A DNA stretch of 63,213 nucleotides, filler included, from Squatina squatina (lineage: Eukaryota), in assembly GCA_031763465.1 (NCBI GenBank). It is 4 parts of 4 records of this genome, joined end to end, with 100 filler letters (N's around TTAATTAATTAA, not from the genome) between each part and the next. Parts side by side here need not be neighbours in the genome. Positions count along the whole stretch, not along the records: positions 17,162 to 30,351 come from JARFOE010000194.1; positions 30,452 to 49,853 come from JARFOE010000115.1; 2 more parts are not named here. One strand, 5' to 3'. The notes beneath the pieces were generated by a model, which had not been told where the DNA came from, made no database searches, and saw only the letters and a list, made by a program, of their open reading frames with translations. Shown piece by piece: positions 26,156 through 38,927 of this stretch. The number at the start of each line of letters is the position of its first letter. Position 1 is the first letter of the stretch. The position numbers were made by a program, and so were the translations under genes.

Positions 26156-26261
26156 CCTTATCTGCGTTCATTAACTCGAAGGTCTCGTTGTACAGCCCGC
26201 GGAAAGCATCAGTTCCCGTACCTGCTCCAGCAAATCGTTCTTTGATCTCATCAAACGTCAT
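26156..26261 (-). other. Bacterial-looking ORF start (probable contaminant/chimera)
   Basis: MTFDEIKERFAGAGTGTDAFRGLYNETFELMNADK runs into a gap. GGAGG lies 4 nt upstream of the ATG (26266-26270, minus strand), and the stretch is CpG-rich relative to its flanks. Confidence 0.5.
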
Positions 26262-27043
26262 AGTGCCTCCAGTACCTCAATTTCAATCATTTCTACATAC
26301 ATCTGAAATTAATTTAAGGACGTCTGCAAATGATGCTTACTGTAACCACAGTTGTTGGTCAGCTAAAGTAATGTATTTGGAATGAATCTACTTGACTGCT
26401 GGAACACTTTTTTCACTTTGAAATTCTTCTAATTGGCCTATCCATTAAAAAAAGTTTAATGGTCTATTTGAGATGCAAACTTAGTGCCAAGTGGTAGTTC
26501 TAAAGAACATCAGTGCCACTTGCTGGCCAAAAACAGCACTGCATGATCAAATATTCCCTGTAATATTGCAGACATATTTTGGAATATGAAGTAGTGCGAC
26601 GACAATTAACATATGGTGGGTCTTGTGATATTTTTGGCAGAAGACATCATGCATGAAAGTTATAATTTGATGTCATAGATTACAAATCAATAGAGGAGGC
26701 ATTCGGGGCACTTCANNNNNNNNNNNNNNNNNNNNNNNNNNNNNNNNNNNNNNNNNNNNNNNNNNNNNNNNNNNNNNNNNNNNNNNNNNNNNNNNNNNNN
26801 NNNNNNNNNNNNNNNGAAAAATACATTGAACATTTGGGAAATGAATAAAGCTAACAATGTAGTCAGTACTGCTAACTATACTGAAAATCAAGCACTGTTA
26901 CAAACATTGTTTACATTGCATTCATTATTTTCTTACCTGATGGACTTACCATTCTACTTCATTTTCCTTCAGCTTATCAGCCTGTTTTATAAAACAGATA
27001 ATTGATTGCCTTGGTTTTGTGCTGTGACCAATTTTTCAAAAAA

Positions 27044-27432
27044 ATGGACAGATTTCTCAAAGTTACAGGAAAACAACTGGAGAAAATTGGAAAAGAACAC
27101 CTGGAAAATGTAATTAAAGATGTGCAAGGAGGACTATTCAGAGACAATGCATCACATGCTGGTGACCACAACGTTGATTTTGACATGCTGCAAACAAAAT
27201 CCACAGGAAGAAAACTGGAGATAATTGGAAAGNNNNNNNNNNTATACACTCCAGATTAAAACCCAGGACAATTAGCGAAAGAAAAACCTGGAAAATTTTT
27301 TTGAAAAGATTGTGGAGCAAACGAAGGGGACAGAACCGCATGATGATGGTCGCGAAAGTGATGGTGACGTGCCAAGTAATGCCATTGAGAACACTTGTCA
27401 AAGTGAACCTACTTCAACAGAAACAGCAGCTG
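27044..27432 (+). CDS. Putative first coding exon of the ROCO-like gene (interrupted by a 10-N gap and a stop/frameshift)
   Basis: Upstream acceptor ttttccttcag (26972), ATG at 27044, coding-like composition with an internal repeat (TGKQLEKIGK / TGRKLEIIGK). Donor GCTG|gtgagt is phase 1, compatible with the 28634 exon. In-frame TAG at 27273-27275. Confidence 0.5.
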
Positions 27433-28633
27433 GTGAGTATCTTTCTTGTTTCTCCTCGTTACATTCATATCAATTAAAATTCAACAATAAAAGGAGGTGC
27501 TGAAAAAGTCTGGAATTTAAATATTTTTCTGTAACCTACTATTTGTGTTTTCATCACTTGTGCAGCTGGGAGTGCCTAAGAGGAATGTACTCAGATCAAA
27601 ATGTTCAAATCATTCTGAAACTGCTGCTGTCATCAAATTTCACAAGTATGAACAATAAGCTTCCCATAAATCAGAGCACATGAGCATGTCTGTGGCAGTA
27701 ACTGACTTGAAACAATATTTGTTGACCAATTTGAATCCTTTTTCTTTAGGGAGAGATTATAAATTAATAGGCTGGAATAGATCTTTATAAACAGTAATAG
27801 TTATCACACTGTGTTTCTTAGTTGAAGAAATTATATCTTATTGCTGCCCAGTTTTATTTTGAACTAAAAGTCCACTGGAATGCTAAGCAGAGCAGTTCTG
27901 GGATTATTCCCATTGGGAACCTCCACTGCTGACCTCACTGAAATCCCTGATTTGCATCGTTAGGGCAGGTCCCCGCACCACTGGGTGCCTATCTCCGGTA
28001 CCCACCTGGCCCACGAGGCCAGGAATCATTTCTAAAGTTGTTCCACTCCAGGGGGCTTTCCAGAAACTAAGAACATACAGCCCCTCGATGGATAAGATTC
28101 CTTGAACCTCTTTCAGTTCTGTGGAAGTCCAGGTGATGACTCATGCCCCCAAGGTAGACCCCATATACGTTGTCCAATGAGGGCTGATGCTCCTCATGGG
28201 ATACCAGTGCCACTACTCCAGCCAGCCAATCCGAGGTAAGGGCCGGCGGAATTCCCTGCATGAGGGTCCCCAGCCCCTGGCCATGTTGCCTCTGACACAA
28301 AGGGCCATATCTGGAGCAGGCACAGGTTCTGACCCAAAACAGCATCCCCTGGAAACTAGCAGCACAGGCTGAGACCTAGTGTGCCTGGCCTAATTCACCG
28401 GCCTTCTGCCCCATTCCTGACAGAGCTATGGCAGGAGTGTGTCACTAGGCTCACAGATCTTCAAGGCCTTTATATTGTTTAAGCACAGTTTATAATGTGA
28501 ATTACTGCTTCTCCAAGCACAACATGTGGCATTTCCTAAAACCTCTTCTTCGGAGTGTTAAATGACATCAACTTTATCAACGTCTCATATTTGTCGCTTA
28601 CTTGGTCTGATGGAAGGTTTTAATTATTGGCAG

Positions 28634-28864
28634 AAATTCAAGAAGCAAAAATGATGAATGAACTTAAAATGAAGCTTCAAAATATATTCCAGCAAGGAAA
28701 AGTTCCATTTTACGTCAGGACATTGACTGTTTGTGGCTACAGGAGTGCTGGGAAAACAACTCTGCTTCGGAAGTTACTGAATGAATCATTTCGGGAGGAT
28801 GAGCCCATAACAGATGGAATACGGATTGGACAGATAGATATTAAAAACTGGGAAAAAAAGATAG
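28634..28864 (+). CDS. Roc (Ras of complex proteins) GTPase domain, N-terminal exon
   Basis: Acceptor ttggcag, donor ATAG|gtaaat, 231 nt, phase 1-1. GKVPFYVRTLTVCGYRSAGKTTLLRKLLNESFREDEPITDGIRI contains a beta strand, a P-loop GxxxxGKT and a switch-I TDGI motif typical of Roc domains. Confidence 0.8.
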
Positions 28865-29055
28865 GTAAATACATATTCAGTTAGAGTCTGTGGTAGATTT
28901 GAATTCTCACATTAATCAAACTGAACCAGGCTGGAGGTAAATTGCAATGCAAGCANNNNNNNNNNNNNNNNNNNNNNNNNNNNNNNNNNNNNNNNNNNNN
29001 NNNNNNNNNNNNNNNNNNNNNNNNNNNNNNNNNNNNNNNNNNNNNNNNNNNNNNN

Positions 29056-29461
29056 GAGTTACTTGACATTCTGAAAAGCCTAAATTTAGTCGTCCAAGCC
29101 AATCCGGAGTCCAAATGCTACCATCTTTGGTTCAAGCGTAAGCAGAGAGAGATATTCCTATGTTTTTATGAGAACCAAGTTATGACTGCCTTCCGGAAAG
29201 ATGTCTTTAATGAATTGATACCAATGTTTCAAAAGGAATGGCCCTACATTGAATCCCTGGATGCTACTTTTGCTCTACTCGAAAAGAAAAAGAATGCCGA
29301 TTACAAAATACATCTGGAATTAGGACATGACAAGGTACGCCTTGTGAATAAAAATGAGTTTGAACACGATGATTTTGTGTATAAAGTTGGCTCCATTGTG
29401 GAGTCTATGCAAAAGCAGTACCAAAAGCTTTGTTTGTTTGTGGATGGCAGACCCTACAAAG
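29056..29461 (+). CDS. Partial coding exon, probable COR-domain C-terminal part of the ROCO gene
   Basis: About 135 stop-free codons run from the gap to the donor AAAG|gtaaga, on the same strand and downstream of Roc. The segments LLDILKSLNLVV...YHLWF, FRKDVFNELIPMFQKEWP and IHLELGHDKVRLV resemble the COR pattern. The COR call is an inference. Confidence 0.6.
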
Positions 29462-30260
29462 GTAAGAACGATTCAATAAATTAATGCGACTTCCGTGATA
29501 TTGTGCACTAAATATATCTGTATCCATAAATAAATATATCAGGCAAATTGTGAAGGAGGTATTTAGTATTTGAACGCTAAGGGCCCTTTCATAATTTGTG
29601 AGCACAAAATCATAAATCCGTTTATCATCCTAATGAAACATGCAAAGGCTTATTTTACAATTCTCCGTTCATTTTGATTAAGGTTCTTTTTTGTACGAAT
29701 CAAGCTGAAGGAAGTCAGTGGTGAAGAATGGAACAATCTTTTTACTTCCATTTATTCCCTCACATACGTTTAAGTCAGACCATCATCTGACTGGACACAT
29801 TGCAGCCTCCCAGTTGTTCTCCATGTTAACGTCTCCAGTAATTTGCAGTGATTCAGTTTCAAGCCACAGTTTAATTGCTTTCCTGTTTTCTCTACCAATT
29901 AGCAGAGTTAATTTGGAACTAATATTCTCCACCTCAGCCTATTGCACATATAGTAGAATGCGTTATACTACATATTGAGCACAATCAGTTACTGCAGGGA
30001 AGACGAACATGTCTTGTGATAATGGGAAACTATTTTACGAATGTTTAGAATAAATTTAATATAGTATTGTTGACATTATAACAACATTTCTGGTGTAAAC
30101 TGATGTGGCTGCTCCCCTGACGGTTCAGTGCACTGACTGGACTGCTATGGTACTGAACCACGAAGGATGCCAGCTTTGATCCGGGGTCAAGTCAGCCAGT
30201 TGCCGAATGAAGGTGTTCTTATCTGAGCTTTAACCACTGACCCAGACAGAAAAGTGCATT

Positions 30261-30351
30261 GGCGTAGATCTTGACTTTGTGCGACAGTGTAAAACGGGTG
30301 GTAGTGAGTCAGCAGCCCATTTTACATTTCCCCGATATTTGTTCCCATTGA
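30261..30351. mobile_element. MITE family A, left arm, truncated at the scaffold end
   Basis: ggcgtagatcttgactttgtgcgacagtgtaaaacgggtggtagtgagtcagcagcccattttaca. Confidence 0.7.
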
Positions 30352-30395
30352 NNNNNNNNNNNNNNNNNNNNNNNNNNNNNNNNNNNNNNNNNNNN

Positions 30396-30407
30396 TTAAT
30401 TAATTAA
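30396..30407. other. Artificial scaffold linker
   Basis: Same N44-TTAATTAATTAA-N44 cassette. Confidence 0.95.
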
Positions 30408-30562
30408 NNNNNNNNNNNNNNNNNNNNNNNNNNNNNNNNNNNNNNNNNNNNTCTGCATGTTTCCTAATCTTGCTACACAAAATGGCAGAGAAGGAAAAAG
30501 AGGACAATCTGGAATCAAAAACAAGGCAACCAGTAACCCCATTCTAAGTGTTGATCACTCAT

Positions 30563-30741
30563 GGCAGGTAATTTTGACTCAGGGTGATAAAGTAAAATGG
30601 GTGCCAGCGAATCGGCAGCCAGTTTTACATCTCTCCCAATTTTTGCATCCGAATGAAACTAAAAATCAAGAGAAATGGAAAATGGGCTGCCGATTCGCTA
30701 TCACCCTTCTTGCACTATCGCACTAAGTCAAAATCTACCCC
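30563..30741. mobile_element. Palindromic MITE (family A)
   Basis: ggtaattttgactcag...aatcggcagcc...ggctgccgattcgctatc...agtcaaaatctacccc. Confidence 0.75.
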
Positions 30742-33700
30742 ACTGATTGTAAATATCTGCGAGGTTTTAGCAGAATACTGTCAAAAGCCAACATCGACCG
30801 CTATCTCNNNNNNNNNNGTTGCTCCATCCATAGAACTCTCACAAACAAGGATTACATGCTGTTCCAGTCCATTAAAGAAAGTAATTTAATCATTTTCTAT
30901 TCTCTAGGAAAATCACATTCAGACAAATTTTATTGCCACGCTATCTAAATAGTAAATAGTTATTATAGGCTCAAAATGAGTTTTTACTTGCCATGGGCAA
31001 CTACTTTGCCTTTATTGTTGAGCTCTGTTATAGCAACAAGAAGTTAAAAAGGTTATAAAGACACGATTAACATCATGTGATGGTCTTGACANNNNNNNNN
31101 NNNNNNNNNNNNNNNNNNNNNNNNNNNNNNNNNNNNNNNNNNNNNNNNNNNNNNNNNNNNNNNNNNNNNNNNNNNNNNNNNNNNNNNNNNGCCTACCATG
31201 ATCACCGACATACTACTGAACAAACTGAATGGACTTGCTTGAGAACATAGGTCATTTTTATTATCTGTTATGGACTGGGCACTTCGAATAAAATGTCAAT
31301 AAAAAAGTGCTGTAAGGCAGTGGGGGGAAACAACAAATCGGAGCAAGGAAAACACTTCAAATAATGGCTAATTGGGACAGAGAGCCTGTGCCTCGGGTAC
31401 TTTTTCCACTGATCACTTTCAACAGTTTTCTACAAAATTTATTTAACTCATTCATGAGGGATCTTTAAATAAATATTTCAATCACGTTGTGAGAATAATT
31501 TTGCTTTTAAGACAGTCACTTTTATTTTAGTGGTTGTACTTAATACTTTAGTGAATTGGGGCAAATGACTCAAATTAGCATTGCTCCACAACTAATTTGG
31601 CATCATGATAATTTAAATTGTTGTATTTATTAAAATTAAGCTTATGCTCAATTTGGTCCTGTTGACATTGGGTCTCATTAATGCTGTTATGGAACTGGTG
31701 ACAATCAGCCAAGCTTTTAAAAAATTGACAAAAAGAGTAACTTTAATGGCACAGAAATTCCGGTGGGAGGCTTCCTGCATGTGGAAGCCTCCGACCGGTG
31801 AAATTTTTACAAAAATACCTGGTGGTCCGGGGGTTTCGGAGTCTTGCGTTCCTGAGCCTCTATGCACAGGTTAGTGTAGCAGCCCAGGTATCCTAGCAGT
31901 GTATGTGGTTCATAGACACGGCTAGGATCACGTGGGAGGCCCCAGCCAATCAAGGTAGGGGTGTCTCCATTCATACTTCTGCTGAGCTCCAGCCTAAGTA
32001 TGAATGAAGATACCAAAAAAACCCATAAGCACATAAAAAAAAGCTCAAATATTTAAATTAATTAAAATGCTATATAATTAAATATTTTATTCAAAAATGT
32101 ATTTTTTGAAAATTTTTTTAAAATGTTTTAAAGTGTCTAAAAATATACCTACCTTACAGGACTGGGTTTTTAATCAATAAAGGAGTGATTAACTTCTATT
32201 TTTGAATTTTTAAAAAACTCTTACACTGCAAACAGTAGGCCTGCTTTTATCAGCGAATTTAAAGGGCTTTCGCTGGGGGAGAGTTGGGCAAATAGACCAA
32301 CTCTCCGCCCGCAGAGGCCCTTCTCCTGGGGATGTGTTGCAATCTGTCAGGAGAAATCTTGACAGATCGCAACTTCCGGTTTAGGCACATGCCCTTCGCA
32401 GCCCTAAACCTGGAACTTACGGGGACCCGCATGGGTACATGTGCACTTCATACTGCTCCCGCTACCCATCCATCTTCAAAGCAGGTGGGTTGAAAAAACT
32501 GCAGCTGTATATCCTATGCCATCTGCAAATCACCCCATCTCCCAGGAACAGAAGGGGAAGGAAGATCGGAAGGAACAANNNNNNNNNNNNNNNNNNNNNN
32601 NNNNNNNNNNNNNNNNNNNNNNNNNNNNNNNNNNNNNNNNNNNNNNNNNNNNNNNNNNNNNNNNNNNNNNNNNNNNNNTGTTGTGGGTATCAATAGAAAT
32701 AGAAATAAATCGAGGAAAATGTTCATGCCTTGTGCGTATACAGGTTCACAATCCTAGATACAAATGGTTTAGTTAGTCAGCACTTCATTTTCACATTTAT
32801 TAATGCAGCAGCATGAAATAGTTCATCCAAGAGGGAAATTTTTAATGACCGCCAAATTGAGATTTAAAAGATTATCACAATCGTGTTAGTTTCCAACAGC
32901 CACTGTTTCTATGCATTAATCAGAAATCATAATAAATCCACATTCTTCTTTTGACAGCACATTAGTCAGAATAGTTTTGCAAGATATTGACATTGANNNN
33001 NNNNNNNNNNNNNNNNNNNNNNNNNNNNNNNNNNNNNNNNNNNNNNNNNNNNNNNNNNNNNNNNNNNNNNNNNNNNNNNNNNNNNNNNNNNNNNNNNNNN
33101 NNNNNNNNNNNNNNNNNNNNNNNNNNNNNNNNNNNNNNNNNNNNNNNNNNNNTTACAAATTAATTTGAGAGTATTTATTCTAATTTCACTCATTTAGGTC
33201 AACAAAGAAAACATGAGCCAAGTCATATGGAAAAGGATACTATGAATTCTCATATCAATTTTAAGATCATAAATGTCTTGTATTTATTGAACCAAATGTC
33301 TTCACTTTACAAATAAATCCATAATGTATGCATAAAATACTTACATACTTCAAAGCAGTATACTGACCAACATTCCTCCCCTCAATTAAACACAGATTAA
33401 CTGGTCATTCATCTTATAACTGTCTGTAGGATATTGCCGTACGCAAGTTCATCTACACAACAGCAGTCACTGCAATTTCCAGTAATTCACTGTATAATTT
33501 TGTAACTGATTCAATACTCAAGTTCAAAATACTATAAATATACTTCAATAATTCTAATTACGAAGACACAAAATCAAACTACTATGGTCTGTGTCAACAT
33601 CTCTTACTTCACATCAAGTAAAAAGGCAATGCTAGCATCAAGTCTGTGATTAGGTTTCGCTAACTCAGTGATCAATCAGATAATGAAAAATACAAAGTTT

Positions 33701-36700
33701 AATGAGAACAAACTGAAAACTTCCACTGTCAAGAGATTTGAATGCAGATAGTAAATGTGTTCCATATGCAGGTTGCAATTTGTAGAGAAAGTATGTGGTA
33801 ATTCAGGCACTTAACTTAGTTTATTTAGCAACAAATGAGAGACAAAATCTAAATGATTGCTTAGTTTACTTTAGACTAACAATAATCACAAAGAAATGGT
33901 TTAAATTTATTATTTGGGGAATGTTCCATGGCACCAGTTTTATTCCATACTTGAGAAGATAAATTGATGATACTTACGAGTCTAAAGTACACTTAAAAAC
34001 ATTATGGCCAAAATTAACACATACAAATGCTTATGTACCAAAGTTACCTTTTGTTTTTTGAAGAAGTTAAAAATTACAATTTGAATCAAATCCTCAGTAT
34101 GAACATAGACATTTCAAGCAAACAGTTTGGGTAGTTTTTTCCAAGCATAATCAATCTTAATTGATAGGAGATGAGCATTTGGTTTCAGGCTCACACTTCA
34201 GGTGGTCCAAAGCCAAACTTTCTATTTTCTCAACTTGGACCTCTGATGCCGAAGTATTGGCCATGATGGAAACCTGTAAAATTCAGCTCAGTAGACACTG
34301 CAGCCCCAAACATTGAGTATTATATAGCAAATACTATTCCACTGCAGCAGTTGTTTCAAAGAAAAAGGGAAAAACCCTAGCAAATAAATCTTTTTGACAA
34401 GGGAAACAACCATAAAAGCCATGAAGTTTCATGCTTGCTTGCTGTATCCATTNNNNNNNNNNNNNNNNNNNNNNNNNNNNNNNNNNNNNNNNNNNNNNNN
34501 NNNNNNNNNNNNNNNNNNNNNNNNNNNNNNNNNNNNNNNNNNNNNNNNNNNNCAAAAGGCAGATTTTCACACGTTTCACATATGTAGCCACCTGTCAGTA
34601 ATTTTTTTGTTCTCCATATCTTCCCACATACAGATTGGCTGAATGGGATCCTCTTTTATTTTTAAAACAGTTCTTATAATAAGCCTAGGCCTCTGAAAGT
34701 GAAGAGTGATCCAATTAGTTCCACCAGAGTAAAATGATACAGTCTATGTATGTGGTCTCCTCTGCCACATCTGTCATGGGCCATTTCGAAGTTCAGGCTC
34801 CTGCAGAGTTCAGATCACTTAATGCTCTTATTTACTGTGTAGGCATTAGGGAAAATCCAACTACTTTCCCTTTCTCAAATGAATTAACCACAAACAAAAT
34901 GATCTATAAAATAAATGTACATATGCCAATCACTGACAGAGCTTACTTTATTTCAACATACAATTAAACTGGAAGATCTGTGTTTTGTGTCAAAGTGAAA
35001 TACTATACTGAAAAACAGATCTGATTACAGAAATGTATTTTAAACTCCATTTCAGAAATGATATTAAAATTAAATTAAATTACAGCTTATAATGATAAAC
35101 GTGCAAAAATTACATTTACTTATTTTGAAAAGTTTAACNNNNNNNNNNNNNNNNNNNNNNNNNNNNNNNNNNNNNNNNNNNGCTCTAAGTGACAGAAGCT
35201 TCACTAAATCCTCTGTTTACACTAGGGATTAACTGAGTAGATACTGAGCAGCAAACTGAACTGTCCATGGTCAAGGGAACCTGCTCTCTGTCAGCCATTG
35301 GGGCATAAGGACAAAACATGGACCTGGCAGGAAGTGACCCATAAATACATCTTTACACTAGATTTATACAAAGAAAGTCTGCCTGTCACAAACCCCATAT
35401 GACCATTAACTGCCCTGCAAGGCTTGCCAGGAGGCCTAATTACAGGTCTACAGAGTCTAATAACAAAAGCTGAAGAGCTTTAGCCTAGGGATGATCTGCT
35501 TCATACTGACTTGAGAGAGTCCATATAGTGTGACATTAGAAAAGGGCCCAGCTTTAAACCTCTCCAGGGACATAAAACAGAATCCAAGACCAAGTAGCCA
35601 TGTGCAACTCAGCTTTGTACAAGCTTATGGCACCAGTTTTGTAACATTAACATTCAACTTCTGCGTGCTTAACATCTGCTGAGAGAAAGACAGACTATCA
35701 GTTGCATATCCCCTCACATTTTGCTATGCACAAAAATGGAGGATAAAGGTAAATAACAGGCAGAAAAATTAGCATACATCGATAAATAAACAATCTTTAC
35801 TATTTTACTATACTTTTTTGTAATTTTCATTTGTAACAGGACTGTGGGAAAAATGAAAGGGTTAAGAATTTTGCAGGTCTTTGTTTCAAATCCTACCCTT
35901 TCATACACATAGCAGGAAAAAACACATTGCAATTCTAATGTAGAAAAATATTTGCAATATACATATAATTTATTACATTACTGAGCATGAGTATGGTAAA
36001 TACTGCAACTTTCTGAATCTTTTTCCCTTCAAAAGAAAGATGATTGGAAAGGTGGAGAAATGATATGATTTTAAGATAGGCTGTATAATCAGATTGTCTT
36101 AATGTGTGGGGAAAACAAAGCTTGGACTGGCAAGGATAATTATTTTCCGACAGCGAAACTATAAAATTCTGTAGCATTTTCCTGATTGAATATATTTTAT
36201 CGAATCATTAGTGCATCATTATCATTTGCAACAAATCAGTAAGATACTGGGTAAAACGACCTTTAGTTCTTCAATGATGCAACATTTTCAAATTATTTTG
36301 TTGTTATATTTGCCTGTCATGCACAAGTGTGAATAAAGGAAACCAGACATTTCCAAATGAGATATGAAAATTCTGCACATCATTCACAAGTTATACATTT
36401 TCCAGATACCATAGAGAAACAATATGGGGTAATAAAACATTTTATGGTATTAACATTTATGGGGCTTTTTAAAATGTGATTTAGAACATGTGAAAACCAA
36501 AATTCAAGGTGACATCATGTGTGGTCAGACTTTGTTCTGGAAATCTTGTTCAGTCAGATTCTGGTGTCCATGGAAAGAAAATGTCTTCATATTGTGGTCA
36601 ATTCTTTTACATGGCAGGCTTGATTTTTGTCCCCAGCGGTATATTTTCCCATTGCTTTGGACAAGAATTTTTATTTGATTGGATTTGAGTGGTAGAAGTT

Positions 36701-36886
36701 TTCTTCTTGCATGACTTCTTGTATTTGTAGCACTACACAGTACTTCAAGTCTACGATAGTTGACTGGCTGTTGTCTTCATTCCATTNNNNNNNNNNNNNN
36801 NNNNNNNNNNNNNNNNNNNNNNNNNNNNNNNNNNNNNNNNNNNNNNNNNNNNNNNNNNNNNNNNNNNNNNNNNNNNNNNNNNNNNN

Positions 36887-36919
36887 CTGTAGTCTTGCTT
36901 TGGCCTGTTCCGCAGGGGG
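36887..36919 (-). CDS. Candidate start of a (terminal?) exon of an unidentified gene
   Basis: A strong acceptor tctttgttgttttgcag is followed by GC-richer sequence CCCCCTGCGGAACAGGCCAAAGCAAGACTACAG (PLRNRPKQDY or PPAEQAKARLQ), then a gap. Confidence 0.4.
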
Positions 36920-38211
36920 CTGCAAAACAACAAAGATAAACCCACATCAAATATAATGGATTTCTGTATTAATGATGACACAGTCCAAGGGATTTTCATT
37001 CATCAAGAAACAAAAGAACAACTGTTCACAACAATATACAATTAATGTGTAATCAAAAAGACACACCAGTCAGCAAAATATTTTGAATGATTGTTGGAAC
37101 ACCCTCAGTTTCTGATTAAGAGTGGAAAACTAGATGCCCATAAAAACATTAACCAGACAACACTAAATATTTTAGACATTTTACATAATTTTAAACAGGG
37201 TTTCCAATTCGAAGTTTAAACTTTCTACATAATTTCTGCATTGAGATATAGTTTCCTGCAGCAGTACTGTTCTAATAACCGAAATGTAAAATGTTAAATT
37301 GTCAAAATATAATTAAATGTACTCTGACCAACCATTTGTACAACATCCATCCCTCAGCTCCAAAAAATACTCTTTCCACCAATGATACCTTTTTGTCAGA
37401 GAAAATGACACTTCATTTTCACATGCATGCTGGTGTGCTGCATCTATTATAATAATGAAGTTCCAACGAATAAAAAAGATGTAAAGTTTGCTTTAATTCT
37501 TTGTAGTATGGGATCATTAGATTATTTGAGGATTTGCATAGTCAGTTCATACACATGTGCCACCAGAGCTCCATGCAATCCCATTCAGCAAAGAAATGTT
37601 CACATTTGCATAATCCTTCAAAAGCATCAACCTCCTCCTCCCCCACACAAATCCTCAGATTTAACATTGTAGCTTCAAGTATTATCAAAATTACACTTTC
37701 TGCAACTTTGTGTGATGCAAATATATACACCACTTTGTATAATGGTTTAGCTAAGACAAACTGGGGGCATGCAAAAATTATAGAGACATGACAACATCAA
37801 AATGTATACCATACCTGTGAGGCATAGTTTTATGGGGATGCTTTTCAAGCACAGCATACTATTGTGTTTCTGTTTCTCCCTTTCCCTCATCTCCTGAAGT
37901 CATTGGCTCCTTGCTGGAATACACTTCCAATTCTATAGTAACTTGCCAAAGTGGCCATTCGTCATGTATGGGCCTTGGCACTGAGCATTAACAGGCTATT
38001 TGAATATGGGGCTATCACAGTCAAGCCAGTATTTGTCCTTATCTACACAAGTATAGAGCCTGGGTCACTGAATAGGCTCCCTAGCCAAGCCTGAGTTGCT
38101 GAGGCCAATTGTAGTACCACTGTCTGCCATTACCCCAGCTGAGGTCAGTTAACTTGGAACAAGGAGGGGGGGGGGGTCAGACTGGGATATAATAAACTAA
38201 TTTTGCCATAA

Positions 38212-38322
38212 AAAAGAAAGGCTTGCATTTATAGCACCTTTCACGAACTCAGAATGTTCCCAAAGCACTTTATTAAGTACTTTCAGAGTGTAGCCACTGT
38301 TGTAATGTAGGAAATGTGGCAG
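38212..38322 (-). mobile_element. Deu-domain SINE 3' fragment
   Basis: aaagaaaggcttgcatttatagcacctttcacg...gtgtagccactgttgtaatgtaggaaa, cut by a gap. Confidence 0.75.
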
Positions 38323-38903
38323 NNNNNNNNNNNNNNNNNNNNNNNNNNNNNNNNNNNNNNNNNNNNNNNNNNNNNNNNNNNNNNNNNNNNNNNNNNNNNN
38401 NNNNNNNNNNNNNNNNNNNNNNAACTGGTGAGCTACGTTGTTCAAAACTTCATGAAGTAGGGCAACATAAAATCTAGCCTTTCCTACTAAAATAAAATTG
38501 TTACGCACAGATCTGTTATTGCTGTAGTTCAAAATAAAAATGCAATTTCAGCAAAATTTCTTTAAGTCGTTTTGTGCACCGTTATGGCGCAGGAAAATGC
38601 TGACCTCCAACAAAAGCATTTTATTATCAGGGAGCAATTTATTCAGCGTTTCTTTAAAGGAGGGTAGGTGCATAATAATATAATTTATATTGGCTCAATG
38701 TTATTTTAGTAGCTTTGCACCATTCCTCAAACTTCATGACCTTTAAAATTTTCTAAAACTTTTATTTCCACTTATTATTCTGAACAGATTTCATTACATA
38801 TTTTAAATGTAAACAACTCTGAATAATGATGTGGACTGTTCTGTGATTGTTGTTCTGACATTTGCGCATGAAGCCGAGATGGAAACCTAGTGCATTAATT
38901 TAC

Positions 38904-38927
38904 CTCTCATCTCCAGTAACCGTGCTT
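38904..38927 (-). CDS. Candidate 24-nt microexon of an unidentified gene
   Basis: ctttttacag|AAGCACGGTTACTGGAGATGAGAG|gtaaat, frame-preserving (STVTGDE or ARLLEMR). Confidence 0.35.

Noticed and set aside
25185-26261. Long ORFs (300+ aa) in the ORF track here and at 4779-5366, 45373-46314 and 51132-51719
   Set aside because: They are made almost entirely of N-derived X residues.
27044-27130. CARD/death-fold domain at the ROCO N-terminus
   Set aside because: Only vague helical similarity; cannot be supported without a profile search.
34157-34273. Possible minus-strand terminal exon VSIMANTSASEVQVEK...SSPIN*
   Set aside because: Only a modest acceptor, no recognised homology and no partner exon.
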